Program-made: the position numbers and the translations under genes | DNA from: a virus | Length of the DNA stretch: 34,732 nucleotides | IMG/VR virus record: IMGVR_UViG_3300028840_006925 | Location: 1-34,732 of that record | Reading direction: 5' to 3' (one strand) | The notes under the pieces: generated by a model | What the model was told of the DNA's origin: nothing | What the model saw: only the letters and a program-made list of their open reading frames with translations | The model's database searches: none | Part shown: piece after piece, positions 15,263-24,550 of the stretch | How positions within the stretch are numbered: the first letter of the stretch is position 1 | Layout: every line of letters starts with the position of its first letter

Positions 15263-15775
15263 TTATCTTCCTCCAAATAAACTATATAATCCCATAGGAA
15301 GTGTATATCCAAGACTAGGCGCCATTGATTCTAAAAATCCAGGTCTTCTAGGCATATACATTTGTTCTCTCATTTGAGTTAATCCAGGAGCTCCTAATGC
15401 TTGAAGTCCTCCAAGCGCTTGCATGCCAAGTCCTGCTCTTTGTGCTGATAAAGCTTCAGCAAGTCTTTGTCCTGCTTGTCCTAAAGATTGTCCAAAAGCC
15501 GATGATCTTTGTGCTCCAGGACCAAACATTCCAGTAAATCTTTCTGCAATAGATGGAAGTATTTCTTCTTCAAATGCTCTCATTGCTGGTCTTTCAAAAC
15601 GAGCCATCATTTCTGGTTCTTGAGATAAAATAGATTGGAGATATTCAAAACCTGCCGGCATTACTCCTCTCATTCTTCTTAAAACATCTCCCATGTAAGA
15701 TTCTTGCTCAGGAGTAAATCTTTGAAATTCTTTGGTTTTTTCTCCTTTACCAAATAAAAAATCTAAAAAAGCCAT
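15263..15775 (-). CDS. Virion-associated protein (170 aa), G/A/Q/M-rich
   Basis: The ORF has the RBS AAGAGG and shares a GLQALG motif with the next gene. Confidence 0.5.
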   Translation of the reverse strand: MAFLDFLFGKGEKTKEFQRFTPEQESYMGDVLRRMRGVMPAGFEYLQSILSQEPEMMARFERPAMRAFEEEILPSIAERFTGMFGPGAQRSSAFGQSLGQAGQRLAEALSAQRAGLGMQALGGLQALGAPGLTQMREQMYMPRRPGFLESMAPSLGYTLPMGLYSLFGGR

Positions 15776-15776
15776 C

Positions 15777-16301
15777 TTAAACCTCTTTTACGTATTCTAA
15801 TACGACATAACATCTTGTATAATTCACATAATTTGCCGTTGTTGTAGTAATATTAATATTTGTTGCATCAACATTTATTTGAACGCTATCCGAAGGAGAT
15901 GCAACATTTATATATGGAATTGGTATTGCTGAATTGATAGTTGATACTCCTGAATAGGTAGCTGTAGCATAAATCCTGGTAAAAACAAAATTTTGATTTG
16001 TAGCAATTCCATGAGCTACACTTTTTGTTGTATTGTTAGGAAGAGTGCCAAAATCTATTATCTTTCTAAAAACTTCTCTAAAAGTAGATGTTTTTCCACT
16101 AAGAGAGGTTGATGATGGAAAATAAACTTGTCCACATGCAAATTCATCTAGTACATAATAACCTGTATCTTTTGAATTAATAGCATAAGTTAAATTTGTA
16201 TAAATTTGAGTTAGAGAAATTCTGAGTTGTTCTGAATCAATTGGAAATATATAACTTGTTGGTAAAAAATTTCCAAAATTTGAAGTTGGATTATAACTCA
16301 T
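15777..16301 (-). CDS. Tail-associated structural protein (174 aa)
   Basis: The ORF is coupled by an ATGA overlap to the upstream 725-aa gene and is rich in T/S/N/Y, as beta-structured proteins often are. Confidence 0.5.
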   Translation of the reverse strand: MSYNPTSNFGNFLPTSYIFPIDSEQLRISLTQIYTNLTYAINSKDTGYYVLDEFACGQVYFPSSTSLSGKTSTFREVFRKIIDFGTLPNNTTKSVAHGIATNQNFVFTRIYATATYSGVSTINSAIPIPYINVASPSDSVQINVDATNINITTTTANYVNYTRCYVVLEYVKEV

Positions 16302-18475
16302 CCTATTAATCTTCCTTGTGGTTTAGCATATAAAATAATAGCGTCTAATATAAAATTTGATGTCGCTATATTGTAATTTTTCATTTGATCATCTGACATA
16401 TAAAATCGAAGTTGAAGAAATTGAGCTAATGAAGATGAAAAAAATCTGTGCCAAATCTTTTCTGATAATTGTTGCATTGGAAAAAGAGATTCAGGACTTG
16501 TTGTTAAAATTTTAGATCCAAAAGATGAATTTGAAATGTCTTGTTCTCTAATTGATTGTCCGTCAAATTGATCGATATAAGTATCTATAGATATTTGTCC
16601 TTCTGTAGTTCTTGTAAGTAAAAAATCTATATATGGAATATTAAATTGTTGTCCTACAGGAGTTCCTGGATTGAATTTTTTTGTCCATAGATTTAAATTA
16701 GAAATTCTTAAAACTTTACCTCCACCCAAATAAGTACCGCTGCTAGAGGAATCAGACAAAGTGACATTATTATTGTCGATAACATTTTCTATCCTATAAA
16801 TATTATTGTTTAATGAAGTAATTCCTATTGCATCTTCAATTAATACATAGTCTCCAACTTTTAAATTATGATTATTTATTTGAAGAGAAGTAGGAGTTCC
16901 AGCTGTTATGTCATAAATATATAAAGATTGATCGTTTGCTGTTTTATCAGAATTTAAAAGAAGAGTCATCCCTTGTTGATTTCCAGCTATTATCCAAGGA
17001 GTTCCACTTTGTGAATAAGCGCTATTCCAAGGATCTGTCCAATTTTCCCATGTTCCATAAATTCTTCCTAAATCTGTCCATGTTATATCTGAGATTTCTT
17101 GATAATATCCAAAACAAGTAAACGAATCGTTAAAAAACGCCCAAGAATTATTTCTATAATTATAAATTAAAATTCTATTAGGATATATTGGATTTGGATC
17201 TTGATCGGGAAATGTCCAAAGCACAATTTCATTATAAAAATCTCTTATTCCATAAACTCTTTTAGTTCCATCATTTCCGTTATGAATTTTAAAAACTTCA
17301 AATGGTATTTTTTCATCTATTCTATCTACATTTACTCCATTGCAAGTATGAACACCAACATTTCCTATTCCAACTAACCCTCTATCAAAAGGAATTTGAG
17401 AAAAAGTTGATTCTGCTCCTAATTCTCTATTAATTTTTTGCCACCTGAAAGGAAGAGATTCATTATTTGTATATACAAGTTCCCATGTAGATCTTTCAAA
17501 ATAAACAATAAGCCTGTCTTTTAATGTTTGAGCTGTAACAATACTTTCTTTTGTAGGAGCATCAATAAACCCACCTCTTCCTGGAGTATCATCTAACCAT
17601 GAATTTGTATTATTTCTTGGATCTCCATTTTGTGAAAATCTACATCTATTAGGATATGTTCTATCATTTCCTGATTCATCTTCTATTGTATTTAAAGCAA
17701 CAAGTCTATCTTTAAATGGAAGAATTATTAAACAAGTTTCTAAATATCTTGTTGCTCCTATATCAAGTTGTGGTCTTAAATTATTCCAAGTTGTTGATCC
17801 TTGAAGAATGTATTTTATATTGTCAGCTACATTAAAATTAGTTACATAAAAAAATGTTTCATAAGGATTTTGTCCTCGATAATTACATGTCCAAAAAAAG
17901 TCTGTATCATTTCCTGTCCAAATAGCAGTTCCAAGTCTATCCCATCCACCAGCTACTCTTTCATAAGAAAATTGTAAATCAAAAGCAATAGTACTTTCTT
18001 GATTTATATTTACAAGTTCTCTTGTTTTAAGTCCCATTACAGGAGTTCCAGGATAATAATATACTGGAGTTGCTGCAATAGCAGGATGAGTAATAGAATA
18101 AGCTCCTGTTGTTGTATCAAATGTACCCGAATATGAGCCGTCAGTTGAAAGTAATGTCGCAGGAGTTCCTGGGCTATTGCAAGTTAAAATAACGCTTCCA
18201 ATAGAAAATAGTTGTTGTCCAGTAAAACCAGTAGAAGGAGCTGCCGGAACATTTCCAGCAAAAGGAGAAACTCCAGTATTTCCAAGATTAATTCTAAGTC
18301 TTGAAGTAAGATAATCACTTCCTATTAAAGAAGTGCCATATCTTTTTTTTACTCTTCCTCTCCAAATATATGCATCTTCTAAAATTTCAAAAGCATCTTC
18401 TGTTAAAAGCCAAGGTTGTTTATCTTTTTCAAGACCTGTTTGAAATGGAGCTATTAAATAAGATTTAACAGACAT
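16298..18475 (-). CDS. Large tail structural protein (725 aa), putatively tail tubular / nozzle-like
   Basis: The call rests on size and position in a podovirus-like tail module. The protein contains an FCCH/SH3-like insert (HNLKVGDYVLIEDAIGITSLNNNIYRIENV). Confidence 0.45.
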   Translation of the reverse strand: MSVKSYLIAPFQTGLEKDKQPWLLTEDAFEILEDAYIWRGRVKKRYGTSLIGSDYLTSRLRINLGNTGVSPFAGNVPAAPSTGFTGQQLFSIGSVILTCNSPGTPATLLSTDGSYSGTFDTTTGAYSITHPAIAATPVYYYPGTPVMGLKTRELVNINQESTIAFDLQFSYERVAGGWDRLGTAIWTGNDTDFFWTCNYRGQNPYETFFYVTNFNVADNIKYILQGSTTWNNLRPQLDIGATRYLETCLIILPFKDRLVALNTIEDESGNDRTYPNRCRFSQNGDPRNNTNSWLDDTPGRGGFIDAPTKESIVTAQTLKDRLIVYFERSTWELVYTNNESLPFRWQKINRELGAESTFSQIPFDRGLVGIGNVGVHTCNGVNVDRIDEKIPFEVFKIHNGNDGTKRVYGIRDFYNEIVLWTFPDQDPNPIYPNRILIYNYRNNSWAFFNDSFTCFGYYQEISDITWTDLGRIYGTWENWTDPWNSAYSQSGTPWIIAGNQQGMTLLLNSDKTANDQSLYIYDITAGTPTSLQINNHNLKVGDYVLIEDAIGITSLNNNIYRIENVIDNNNVTLSDSSSSGTYLGGGKVLRISNLNLWTKKFNPGTPVGQQFNIPYIDFLLTRTTEGQISIDTYIDQFDGQSIREQDISNSSFGSKILTTSPESLFPMQQLSEKIWHRFFSSSLAQFLQLRFYMSDDQMKNYNIATSNFILDAIILYAKPQGRLIG

Positions 18476-18496
18476 TATTTTTTTCCGTTAAAATTT

Positions 18497-19057
18497 TTAA
18501 GTTCCAATTGCTATATAACTTCCATTAAATGAAGCAGCACTTCCTATAACAGTAAATCCTGTATTTGTTACAGAACCAGCAAGATAAGATACATATTTAT
18601 TTGTTGGTGTAACATTATCTTCTCTTCCAAGTGTAATTATTGGAGTTCCAACAAAAGCAACAGCAAAAGTTATGGCAAGAGATGTAGCTAATGTAGAATA
18701 TGTTCCCCAATTTATTTTAATTCCCCAAGGAGTTGTTATACCTTTATTTGTTCCTACTGTTGTTATTGGAAGATTTGTAAGTTGTCTTTCTATTCCATTA
18801 GATTCTTCTCTAAAAAAAAGTTGTGCAAGTCCACTTATATCTTTTGTATAAATAGCTGCTTCATCTGCTGCAGTAATAGGAGCTGATGATTGTTGTGGCA
18901 TTTGAAGAAATTTATGCTTTCCTTGATCAGAATCATTAAAAGCTACATGATTTACTGAATTTACTGTATTTATAGATTGAAAATTCTGAAGAATTTGATC
19001 TTGACTTTGAGAAGGATTATCAGAAGGTTGTGGTATATTTGGTATATATGTTGACAT
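18497..19057 (-). CDS. Tail-associated structural protein (186 aa)
   Basis: The ORF has the RBS AGGAAA. Its N-terminal pattern IPNIPQPSDNPSQSQDQILQNFQSIN...NHVAFN..DQGKHKFLQMP resembles conserved phage tail and baseplate-like proteins, but I cannot name a family. Confidence 0.45.
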   Translation of the reverse strand: MSTYIPNIPQPSDNPSQSQDQILQNFQSINTVNSVNHVAFNDSDQGKHKFLQMPQQSSAPITAADEAAIYTKDISGLAQLFFREESNGIERQLTNLPITTVGTNKGITTPWGIKINWGTYSTLATSLAITFAVAFVGTPIITLGREDNVTPTNKYVSYLAGSVTNTGFTVIGSAASFNGSYIAIGT

Positions 19058-19069
19058 ATTTTTTCCTAT

Positions 19070-20026
19070 TTAAAATCTATTACCATAATAATTACCATAT
19101 GGAAACTGAGTCATTTCTGTATAAATAGTTGCAGTTCTTTGAGTAGTTTGTTGAATTATACTACGTCTAAGAACTATTCTTTCTTGTTCTTTAAAACCAG
19201 GTAAAATATTGCTTACTCCTTCAGGATCTTGTGAATCTTCAAATATCTTTTTAGAAGCTCCATAAGCTAAATATTGCCACCAAAGATTCAAATCAGGTGC
19301 GTCACCTGAGTTTATTAAAGCAGTGGGCGTTTTAAATGCATTTACAGTTACTTTATATGGCTTATCCGGAACAGGTCTAAGCGTTATTTGATTATCAAAA
19401 TATAAAATTGCTTGAGGCCTATTAGGTTGATAAGGAACATGAGTTATTGTTATTTCATTTCCAAGAGGTATGGTATTATTAAATGTTATTGTTCCAACTC
19501 CTGTTATATAATTTATATTTCCTGTAATAACAGTCGCTGTTCCAATTATTATCCAATTTCCTGTTGTTCTATTTTGTGGAGAATCTACAATTTGAACAGT
19601 GCTTCCAGTTGAATCAATTGCTCCTATACTAACTTCGTTTTGTAACATAGGAATATTTGGCAAAATAAAATTATAAGGACCCGCTGTTCCATCTCCTGAA
19701 ATAGAAGTTGTGATTTCTGCAAGTTTTGGATATATTCTAAAAAATTGTTCTCTATCTTGAGACCAAAAAGATTGGTATCCTGCAATATAAACTGGTGGAA
19801 TAATATTAGAATAAATATTCGGATCTGGCAAATCATAGATATCAACATTTGCCTCCGTCATAAATTCATAAATTCCTTGCAGACTAAAAAGTTTTAAATT
19901 TTCTGGAAAATCATATTGATAAAAAGTATTTATATAAAAATCAATTTCAGAATCACTGATTTGATTAATAGAAGGTCTTCCAGTAAGTCTTCTTACTTTT
20001 TTCCTAATATTTTCTAATGTTGACAT
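19070..20026 (-). CDS. Putative head-tail adaptor / tail tubular A-like structural protein (318 aa)
   Basis: The call rests on position between the head and tail genes. The N-terminus is LENIRKKVRRLTGRPSINQISDSEIDFYINTFY. Confidence 0.4.
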   Translation of the reverse strand: MSTLENIRKKVRRLTGRPSINQISDSEIDFYINTFYQYDFPENLKLFSLQGIYEFMTEANVDIYDLPDPNIYSNIIPPVYIAGYQSFWSQDREQFFRIYPKLAEITTSISGDGTAGPYNFILPNIPMLQNEVSIGAIDSTGSTVQIVDSPQNRTTGNWIIIGTATVITGNINYITGVGTITFNNTIPLGNEITITHVPYQPNRPQAILYFDNQITLRPVPDKPYKVTVNAFKTPTALINSGDAPDLNLWWQYLAYGASKKIFEDSQDPEGVSNILPGFKEQERIVLRRSIIQQTTQRTATIYTEMTQFPYGNYYGNRF

Positions 20027-20415
20027 TAATTAGCTACTTTTTCTAAATCTTCATCTTCTTTTTCAAAAAATTCTAAACTTTCAAAAGAACATCTTTGAAC
20101 TTTTCTTCCTATTCTAACAGTAGGATTTCCTTTTGAATCTAAAGCATGTGAATGTATTGGATACCAACAATCTTGATTTAAATGTTTAGCAACCATTAAA
20201 GGGATTTCGTAAGTTTCTCCATCTACCATTGTATATTTTAAAACTTCATCTCCTTTATATTTTTTAAATGAGAAAGTAAAACTTCCTCCTCTTGGCTCAA
20301 AACATCTAAAAACTCCTTTCACAATTTTATGATCTTTTTTTCTCATTTTTTGGAGTTCTTCATTGGTTAATTTTTTTGTATTTCTTGTTTTAAAAGGATT
20401 TATTATGGTTGTCAT
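20026..20415 (-). CDS. Hypothetical structural-module protein (129 aa)
   Basis: The ORF has the RBS AGGAGA and is the first gene after the GC-rich hairpin. Confidence 0.55.
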   Translation of the reverse strand: MTTIINPFKTRNTKKLTNEELQKMRKKDHKIVKGVFRCFEPRGGSFTFSFKKYKGDEVLKYTMVDGETYEIPLMVAKHLNQDCWYPIHSHALDSKGNPTVRIGRKVQRCSFESLEFFEKEDEDLEKVAN

Positions 20416-20432
20416 TTTTTCTCCTATATTTT

Positions 20433-20450
20433 AGGGGCCAAAAGGCCCCT
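20433..20450. other. GC-rich perfect stem-loop (aggggcc-aaaa-ggcccct) between the capsid/decoration pair and the downstream genes
   Basis: It is a 7-bp G/C-rich stem with a tetraloop and stands out as unusually GC-rich. The T-rich run (tttattt) follows it only on the plus strand. Confidence 0.6.
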
Positions 20451-20454
20451 TTAT

Positions 20455-21405
20455 TTAAGCTGAAAACGATTTTCCTGCTACCCAATAAATAGTATCTCCA
20501 CTTGATCCTGCGGGAGAATCAGCTCCTCCTGCAATTTTCATACCAATGTAAGATGTATTATCAGTAGCGGCACTCAAATCAGTCGGACTATTTGTTCCTA
20601 CAGGAACTACATGAGCATGTGTAATTGGAACAGTTCCAGAAGTAGGCCAGCTAAATGCTGTAAATGCACTAGAATCTATATTTATAGCTAATGCATAATC
20701 TGTTACGCCTATAATTTCTGCTGTTAATCCATTTAATTCTTGCATACCAAATGCTGCAGGAATATTTACACGTACTATATCTCCATCACTATATCTATGA
20801 GCAATAACAGTATCAATTACACAAGGATTTGCCTTAGTAATTGAATTTATTATTCTTCTAGCTGGTAAATATTGAGGATCATTAGGTATTTTCCTAAATG
20901 AACATGTAGTGCCAGCAGCTGCAAATCCAGAAGAATTTAATGAAACTAATTGAAATGAAGTATTTGCTACAATTCCAGCAATTTCAAATTCAACTCCAGA
21001 TATTTGTTGCATGTTTACTACATTAATCATGCGAACTATATCTCCATTTACAAGACCTGCTGTAGATGTACAAGAGACAACAGCTGGGTTTGCTTGAGTA
21101 ACGGCTGTTCCTGTTGTATTTAAAGCAAGTGGAGTTTGATCAGATGTATTTAATAAAATAAATCCACCAGAAGTTATTACTTCCATATCAATAGCATTTG
21201 ATCCATCTTGTTTTGTCCACATAAATCCAGAATCAGAAGCCATTCCTCTTTGCCAATAAAATTCACATCCACGGCCTGGAGTTTTAGTTGTTGCAGCTTG
21301 AGTTATATTATATGTTTTCATCCAATCGACATCTGAACGAATAGTTATATCTCTTGATTTGCCATTAGAAAAAAAACTTCCTTGTTGTATAATTGTATTA
21401 TTCAT
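20455..21405 (-). CDS. Capsid-associated protein (316 aa), putative decoration or second major head component, with two FCCH/SH3-like repeats
   Basis: It lies 9 nt downstream of the major capsid gene and before the hairpin. The internal repeat is GLVNGDIVRMINVVNMQQISGVEFEIAG and YSDGDIVRVNIPAAFGMQELNGLTAEIIG. Confidence 0.45.
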   Translation of the reverse strand: MNNTIIQQGSFFSNGKSRDITIRSDVDWMKTYNITQAATTKTPGRGCEFYWQRGMASDSGFMWTKQDGSNAIDMEVITSGGFILLNTSDQTPLALNTTGTAVTQANPAVVSCTSTAGLVNGDIVRMINVVNMQQISGVEFEIAGIVANTSFQLVSLNSSGFAAAGTTCSFRKIPNDPQYLPARRIINSITKANPCVIDTVIAHRYSDGDIVRVNIPAAFGMQELNGLTAEIIGVTDYALAINIDSSAFTAFSWPTSGTVPITHAHVVPVGTNSPTDLSAATDNTSYIGMKIAGGADSPAGSSGDTIYWVAGKSFSA

Positions 21406-21414
21406 ATATCCTCC

Positions 21415-22362
21415 TTAACTCAATGTTGTTCTTAGGTTAATTACCCAAGCATCATTGGTGATACGTGGAGTTTGCGCGAATTTATAGCCAACAGACGCAT
21501 TAAGCGCTAAAGGACCATCGTAAATTGGTGGTCTATAAATAAATTGAGCGCTATATCCATCTTGTTCAACTACTGCATATGCTTCCATACCTACACAGAA
21601 AATATTGAAAACATCATTTCCTAATGCAGATGCACTTTGAGTTGTTGATCCAATACTAGAAAGTAAGAATCTTAAATTAGAAATAGATCCCCATTCTGGT
21701 TTTAATGCATTCATTGGAGAAGGATATTGAGCTTTTGCTATAAATCCTTCTACTTGCTCTAAATCTCCAATTAATTGAGTTGAAGAAAGAGCGAAAAATG
21801 CATCACGAACAGGAGCTGTACCAAATTTATCTTCACCTTCGATATGTTCTGATATTGTATAAGCATTATTATCAGCAAGTGTTCTGATTACTTGATCTAC
21901 ATCTGTACGAGAAATCTCGGTTGGATTATCTCCATTTGTACCACCTGTACAATTAATAAATGAAGCAGTAGAAGCTAACATATTTCTTGTTAGTTCATCT
22001 TCAGTTTGACGTAATGATACTCCTAAACGTTGTGCTGATTCATTGAGTACTGGATCTTGGTTTTGTAATGTTACTTGTTCATTTAAAATAATGTAAGTTC
22101 CATAAAAATCAATTTCAGCATCAATATTAACAGCTGTTAGTTGCTGTGGAGGAGGTGTTACGCCACTATTTCCTAATGGTACAGTAGCTGTAGCCAATGG
22201 ATTATACCTACGCATTCTTAAAGTTGTTCCACCATTTCTTGGCATTTGCTTTAGCATTGCAGGTATATTATGAATCATATATGGAACTGGAACGCTAAGC
22301 AATTTATAAGAAAAACTTTGTTGAACCGGCGCAGGAAGAATAGTAGTTGTTGTTATAGACAT
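21415..22362 (-). CDS. Major capsid protein (HK97 fold; resembles the N4 gp56-type family)
   Basis: The 315-aa ORF lies directly downstream of a scaffold-like gene. Motifs resembling N4-gp56-type capsids include FSYKLLSVPVPY...LRMRRYNPL...VPLGNSGVTPPPQQL. The RBS is AAGGATAAG. Confidence 0.7.
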   Translation of the reverse strand: MSITTTTILPAPVQQSFSYKLLSVPVPYMIHNIPAMLKQMPRNGGTTLRMRRYNPLATATVPLGNSGVTPPPQQLTAVNIDAEIDFYGTYIILNEQVTLQNQDPVLNESAQRLGVSLRQTEDELTRNMLASTASFINCTGGTNGDNPTEISRTDVDQVIRTLADNNAYTISEHIEGEDKFGTAPVRDAFFALSSTQLIGDLEQVEGFIAKAQYPSPMNALKPEWGSISNLRFLLSSIGSTTQSASALGNDVFNIFCVGMEAYAVVEQDGYSAQFIYRPPIYDGPLALNASVGYKFAQTPRITNDAWVINLRTTLS

Positions 22363-22413
22363 TTGTTTTCTTATCCTTGTTTAAATTAAAAAAGGAGAAG
22401 AAAATAAAAAAAA

Positions 22414-23109
22414 TTAGACACCTTTCATGCTTTCGATCATTTCCTTATAAAGTTTATCTTTTACTTCTTTTGTAAGACCTTTAGCAAATATATTAGCTTC
22501 ATGAAGAGCACCCTGTCCTTTTATAGACTGAGAACTTATAGGACGAGAAGAAGACTGTTGTACAAAATCTTTTTCTTCTTTATATTGTTCTTTGTAAATT
22601 CCATGAGCTTTTATGGATTTGTAAGCTGCTATGCCTTTTTGATAAAGATCGTTTCCAGAAGAAATAGAAGCAAAAAGTTCAGGCTCTTGTAGTCTTAATT
22701 TTTCTACATTTTCTTCTGAAACAACTTGATCAAAATCTTTGAATTTCGCTTGAAGCCTATCAGGAATGCTAGCAGCTTCTTTTTGTTTTATATATTTCTC
22801 TAGCTCTTTAATTCTTTTATCAACATGTCTCCATTCAGGAATATCATCAGGAGCTAAATTTATATCTTCTATAGAAGAATTTTCTTGTTGAGAATTATAA
22901 TTTTCCTGTCTAACTCTTTTTAATAATTCTAGTTCTTGTTCAAGTTGTTTGTTTTTTTCTCTTAGTCTTCTAAAATTATATTCTTTATCAGATATAGTTT
23001 CTTCGGACGTTTTTTCGGATTTTTCTGACTCTGAAGATTTTAAATCTTCATGAGGCTGAATGATTTCCTCTTGCTGCACAGCAGCTACATTCTCTTTTTC
23101 ATTTGTCAT
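22414..23109 (-). CDS. Scaffolding protein (231 aa from the ATG at 23109)
   Basis: The protein is acidic and rich in coiled-coil sequence (E/K/Q) and lies immediately upstream of the capsid gene. The RBS AAGGA precedes the ATG at 23109. The longer track ORF starts inside the leader. Confidence 0.55.
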   Translation of the reverse strand: MTNEKENVAAVQQEEIIQPHEDLKSSESEKSEKTSEETISDKEYNFRRLREKNKQLEQELELLKRVRQENYNSQQENSSIEDINLAPDDIPEWRHVDKRIKELEKYIKQKEAASIPDRLQAKFKDFDQVVSEENVEKLRLQEPELFASISSGNDLYQKGIAAYKSIKAHGIYKEQYKEEKDFVQQSSSRPISSQSIKGQGALHEANIFAKGLTKEVKDKLYKEMIESMKGV

Positions 23110-23278
23110 ATAATATATATCCTTATTTTGCGCAGGCGATACGCATTGACTGCCTATAATTCGTTTGTGAGACGAAAAATACACTAAAAAGAAAAAACCA
23201 ATGTCGACGTTAGCTTCTTCTTCTTCTTTTTAAATATAATTAATTAAAATTAATTACAAGTTTTTTAATAAAATTATT

Positions 23279-23773
23279 TTAATTTATTTCATTATTAAAT
23301 TTTTTTGCCAAAAGGAGCAATTTTCCAGAATTGAATTCTTCTACAAATGATAGAAGCCAATGTTGTTCGGGAGTAATAATATCTTTATTTAAAATTAATA
23401 GATTACACGCTTGTTTATCTGGTATACACCAAATGAATTCTACTATGTCTTCTTTTCTTAAATATCTATAAACTGATTGATCGTAATCAGGAGTCGGACA
23501 ACTTTTCCTTGGAAAGGTATAAACTCTAACAATATTCTGTAAAATTCTTTCCTTTTTTAATAACTGGATTATAAAAAAATCATTTTTAAATTCTTTCTTT
23601 CCTCTTTCAATTGCTTGTTTAATTTGTTCTTCGTGTGAGTCGCTTGATGTTTTTCCTTTATGAAATTCTCTTTGTAAATCAATTGGATTTATTTTATCGT
23701 TTTTAGACTGAAGTTTTAATGCTATTTCTCCAGCTGTTTCCTTTTTTTTTAGAGATTTTTTTTTGGCTGTCAA
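23279..23773 (-). CDS. Hypothetical protein (164 aa) divergent from the recombinase gene
   Basis: The ORF has a K-rich N-terminus and no motif I recognise. Confidence 0.55.
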   Translation of the reverse strand: MTAKKKSLKKKETAGEIALKLQSKNDKINPIDLQREFHKGKTSSDSHEEQIKQAIERGKKEFKNDFFIIQLLKKERILQNIVRVYTFPRKSCPTPDYDQSVYRYLRKEDIVEFIWCIPDKQACNLLILNKDIITPEQHWLLSFVEEFNSGKLLLLAKKFNNEIN

Positions 23774-23842
23774 CTTAAATCACCAAACTTTACATTTTTT
23801 ATTATTATCTTTTTTTTAATTTATTTGTTAATTTAAGTATAC

Positions 23843-23897
23843 TAAATTTACAAGATAGAAAATTTTTTTTTAATTAATCATTTATCTTGTAAATTTA
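23843..23897. promoter_or_regulatory. Perfect 15-bp inverted repeat (taaatttacaagata / tatcttgtaaattta, 25-bp spacer) in the divergent region upstream of the serine recombinase gene; candidate recombination (res-like) or operator site
   Basis: The arms are 23843-23857 and 23883-23897. The TTTACA core also occurs at 23789, 23919 and 23946 in direct orientation. Confidence 0.5.
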
Positions 23898-23950
23898 TTC
23901 TTCTGTTGCTAATATTCTTTTACATTTTTAGATAAAATAGATAATTTTAC

Positions 23951-24532
23951 ATGAAAGTTGGATATGCAAGGGTCAGTTCTAAAGATCAAAATCTAGATAG
24001 ACAATTAAAAATTTTAAAAGAACATGGAGTTGAAGAAAAAAATATTTTTAAAGAAAAATATAGCGGCGCAACAAAAGAAAGGCCAGAATTTGACAAAATG
24101 TTAAACTTTCTTAGAAAGAATGATATTTTATATATTACAAGTCTCGATAGACTTTCCAGATCTCATGTTGATTTAATTAATACAATTAAATTTTTTGAAG
24201 AAAATAATATTTTTCTTAAATCTATAGAAGAAAATATTGATTTTTCTACTAATGTAGGACAATTGATGTTGCAAGTATTTGCTGCTATTCATGAATTTCA
24301 TAGAAAAACAATGAAAGAAAATCAAAAAATGGGATATATAGCGGCTAAATCAAGAGGGAAAAGATTTGGTCAACCCAGAAAATTATCTCTCTACCAAGCA
24401 AGAATAATCTATGAAACAATAAAAAAAGAAAACGTTCCAATATATAAAATAGCTAAAGAATTTAAAGTATCAAGACCTACAATTTATAAAGCTATAAAAG
24501 AATTCAAAGAAATAGAAAATATAAGAGATTAA
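23951..24532 (+). CDS. Small serine recombinase (resolvase/invertase family) with a C-terminal HTH
   Basis: MKVGYARVSSKDQNLDRQ...ILYITSLDRLSRS... carries the catalytic Ser in YARVSS. The length (193 aa) and the C-terminal IAKEFKVSRPTIYKAI HTH match the Hin/Gin/Tn3 resolvase architecture. Confidence 0.9.
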   Translation: MKVGYARVSSKDQNLDRQLKILKEHGVEEKNIFKEKYSGATKERPEFDKMLNFLRKNDILYITSLDRLSRSHVDLINTIKFFEENNIFLKSIEENIDFSTNVGQLMLQVFAAIHEFHRKTMKENQKMGYIAAKSRGKRFGQPRKLSLYQARIIYETIKKENVPIYKIAKEFKVSRPTIYKAIKEFKEIENIRD

Positions 24533-24550
24533 TAATTTTGAATCTTATAT

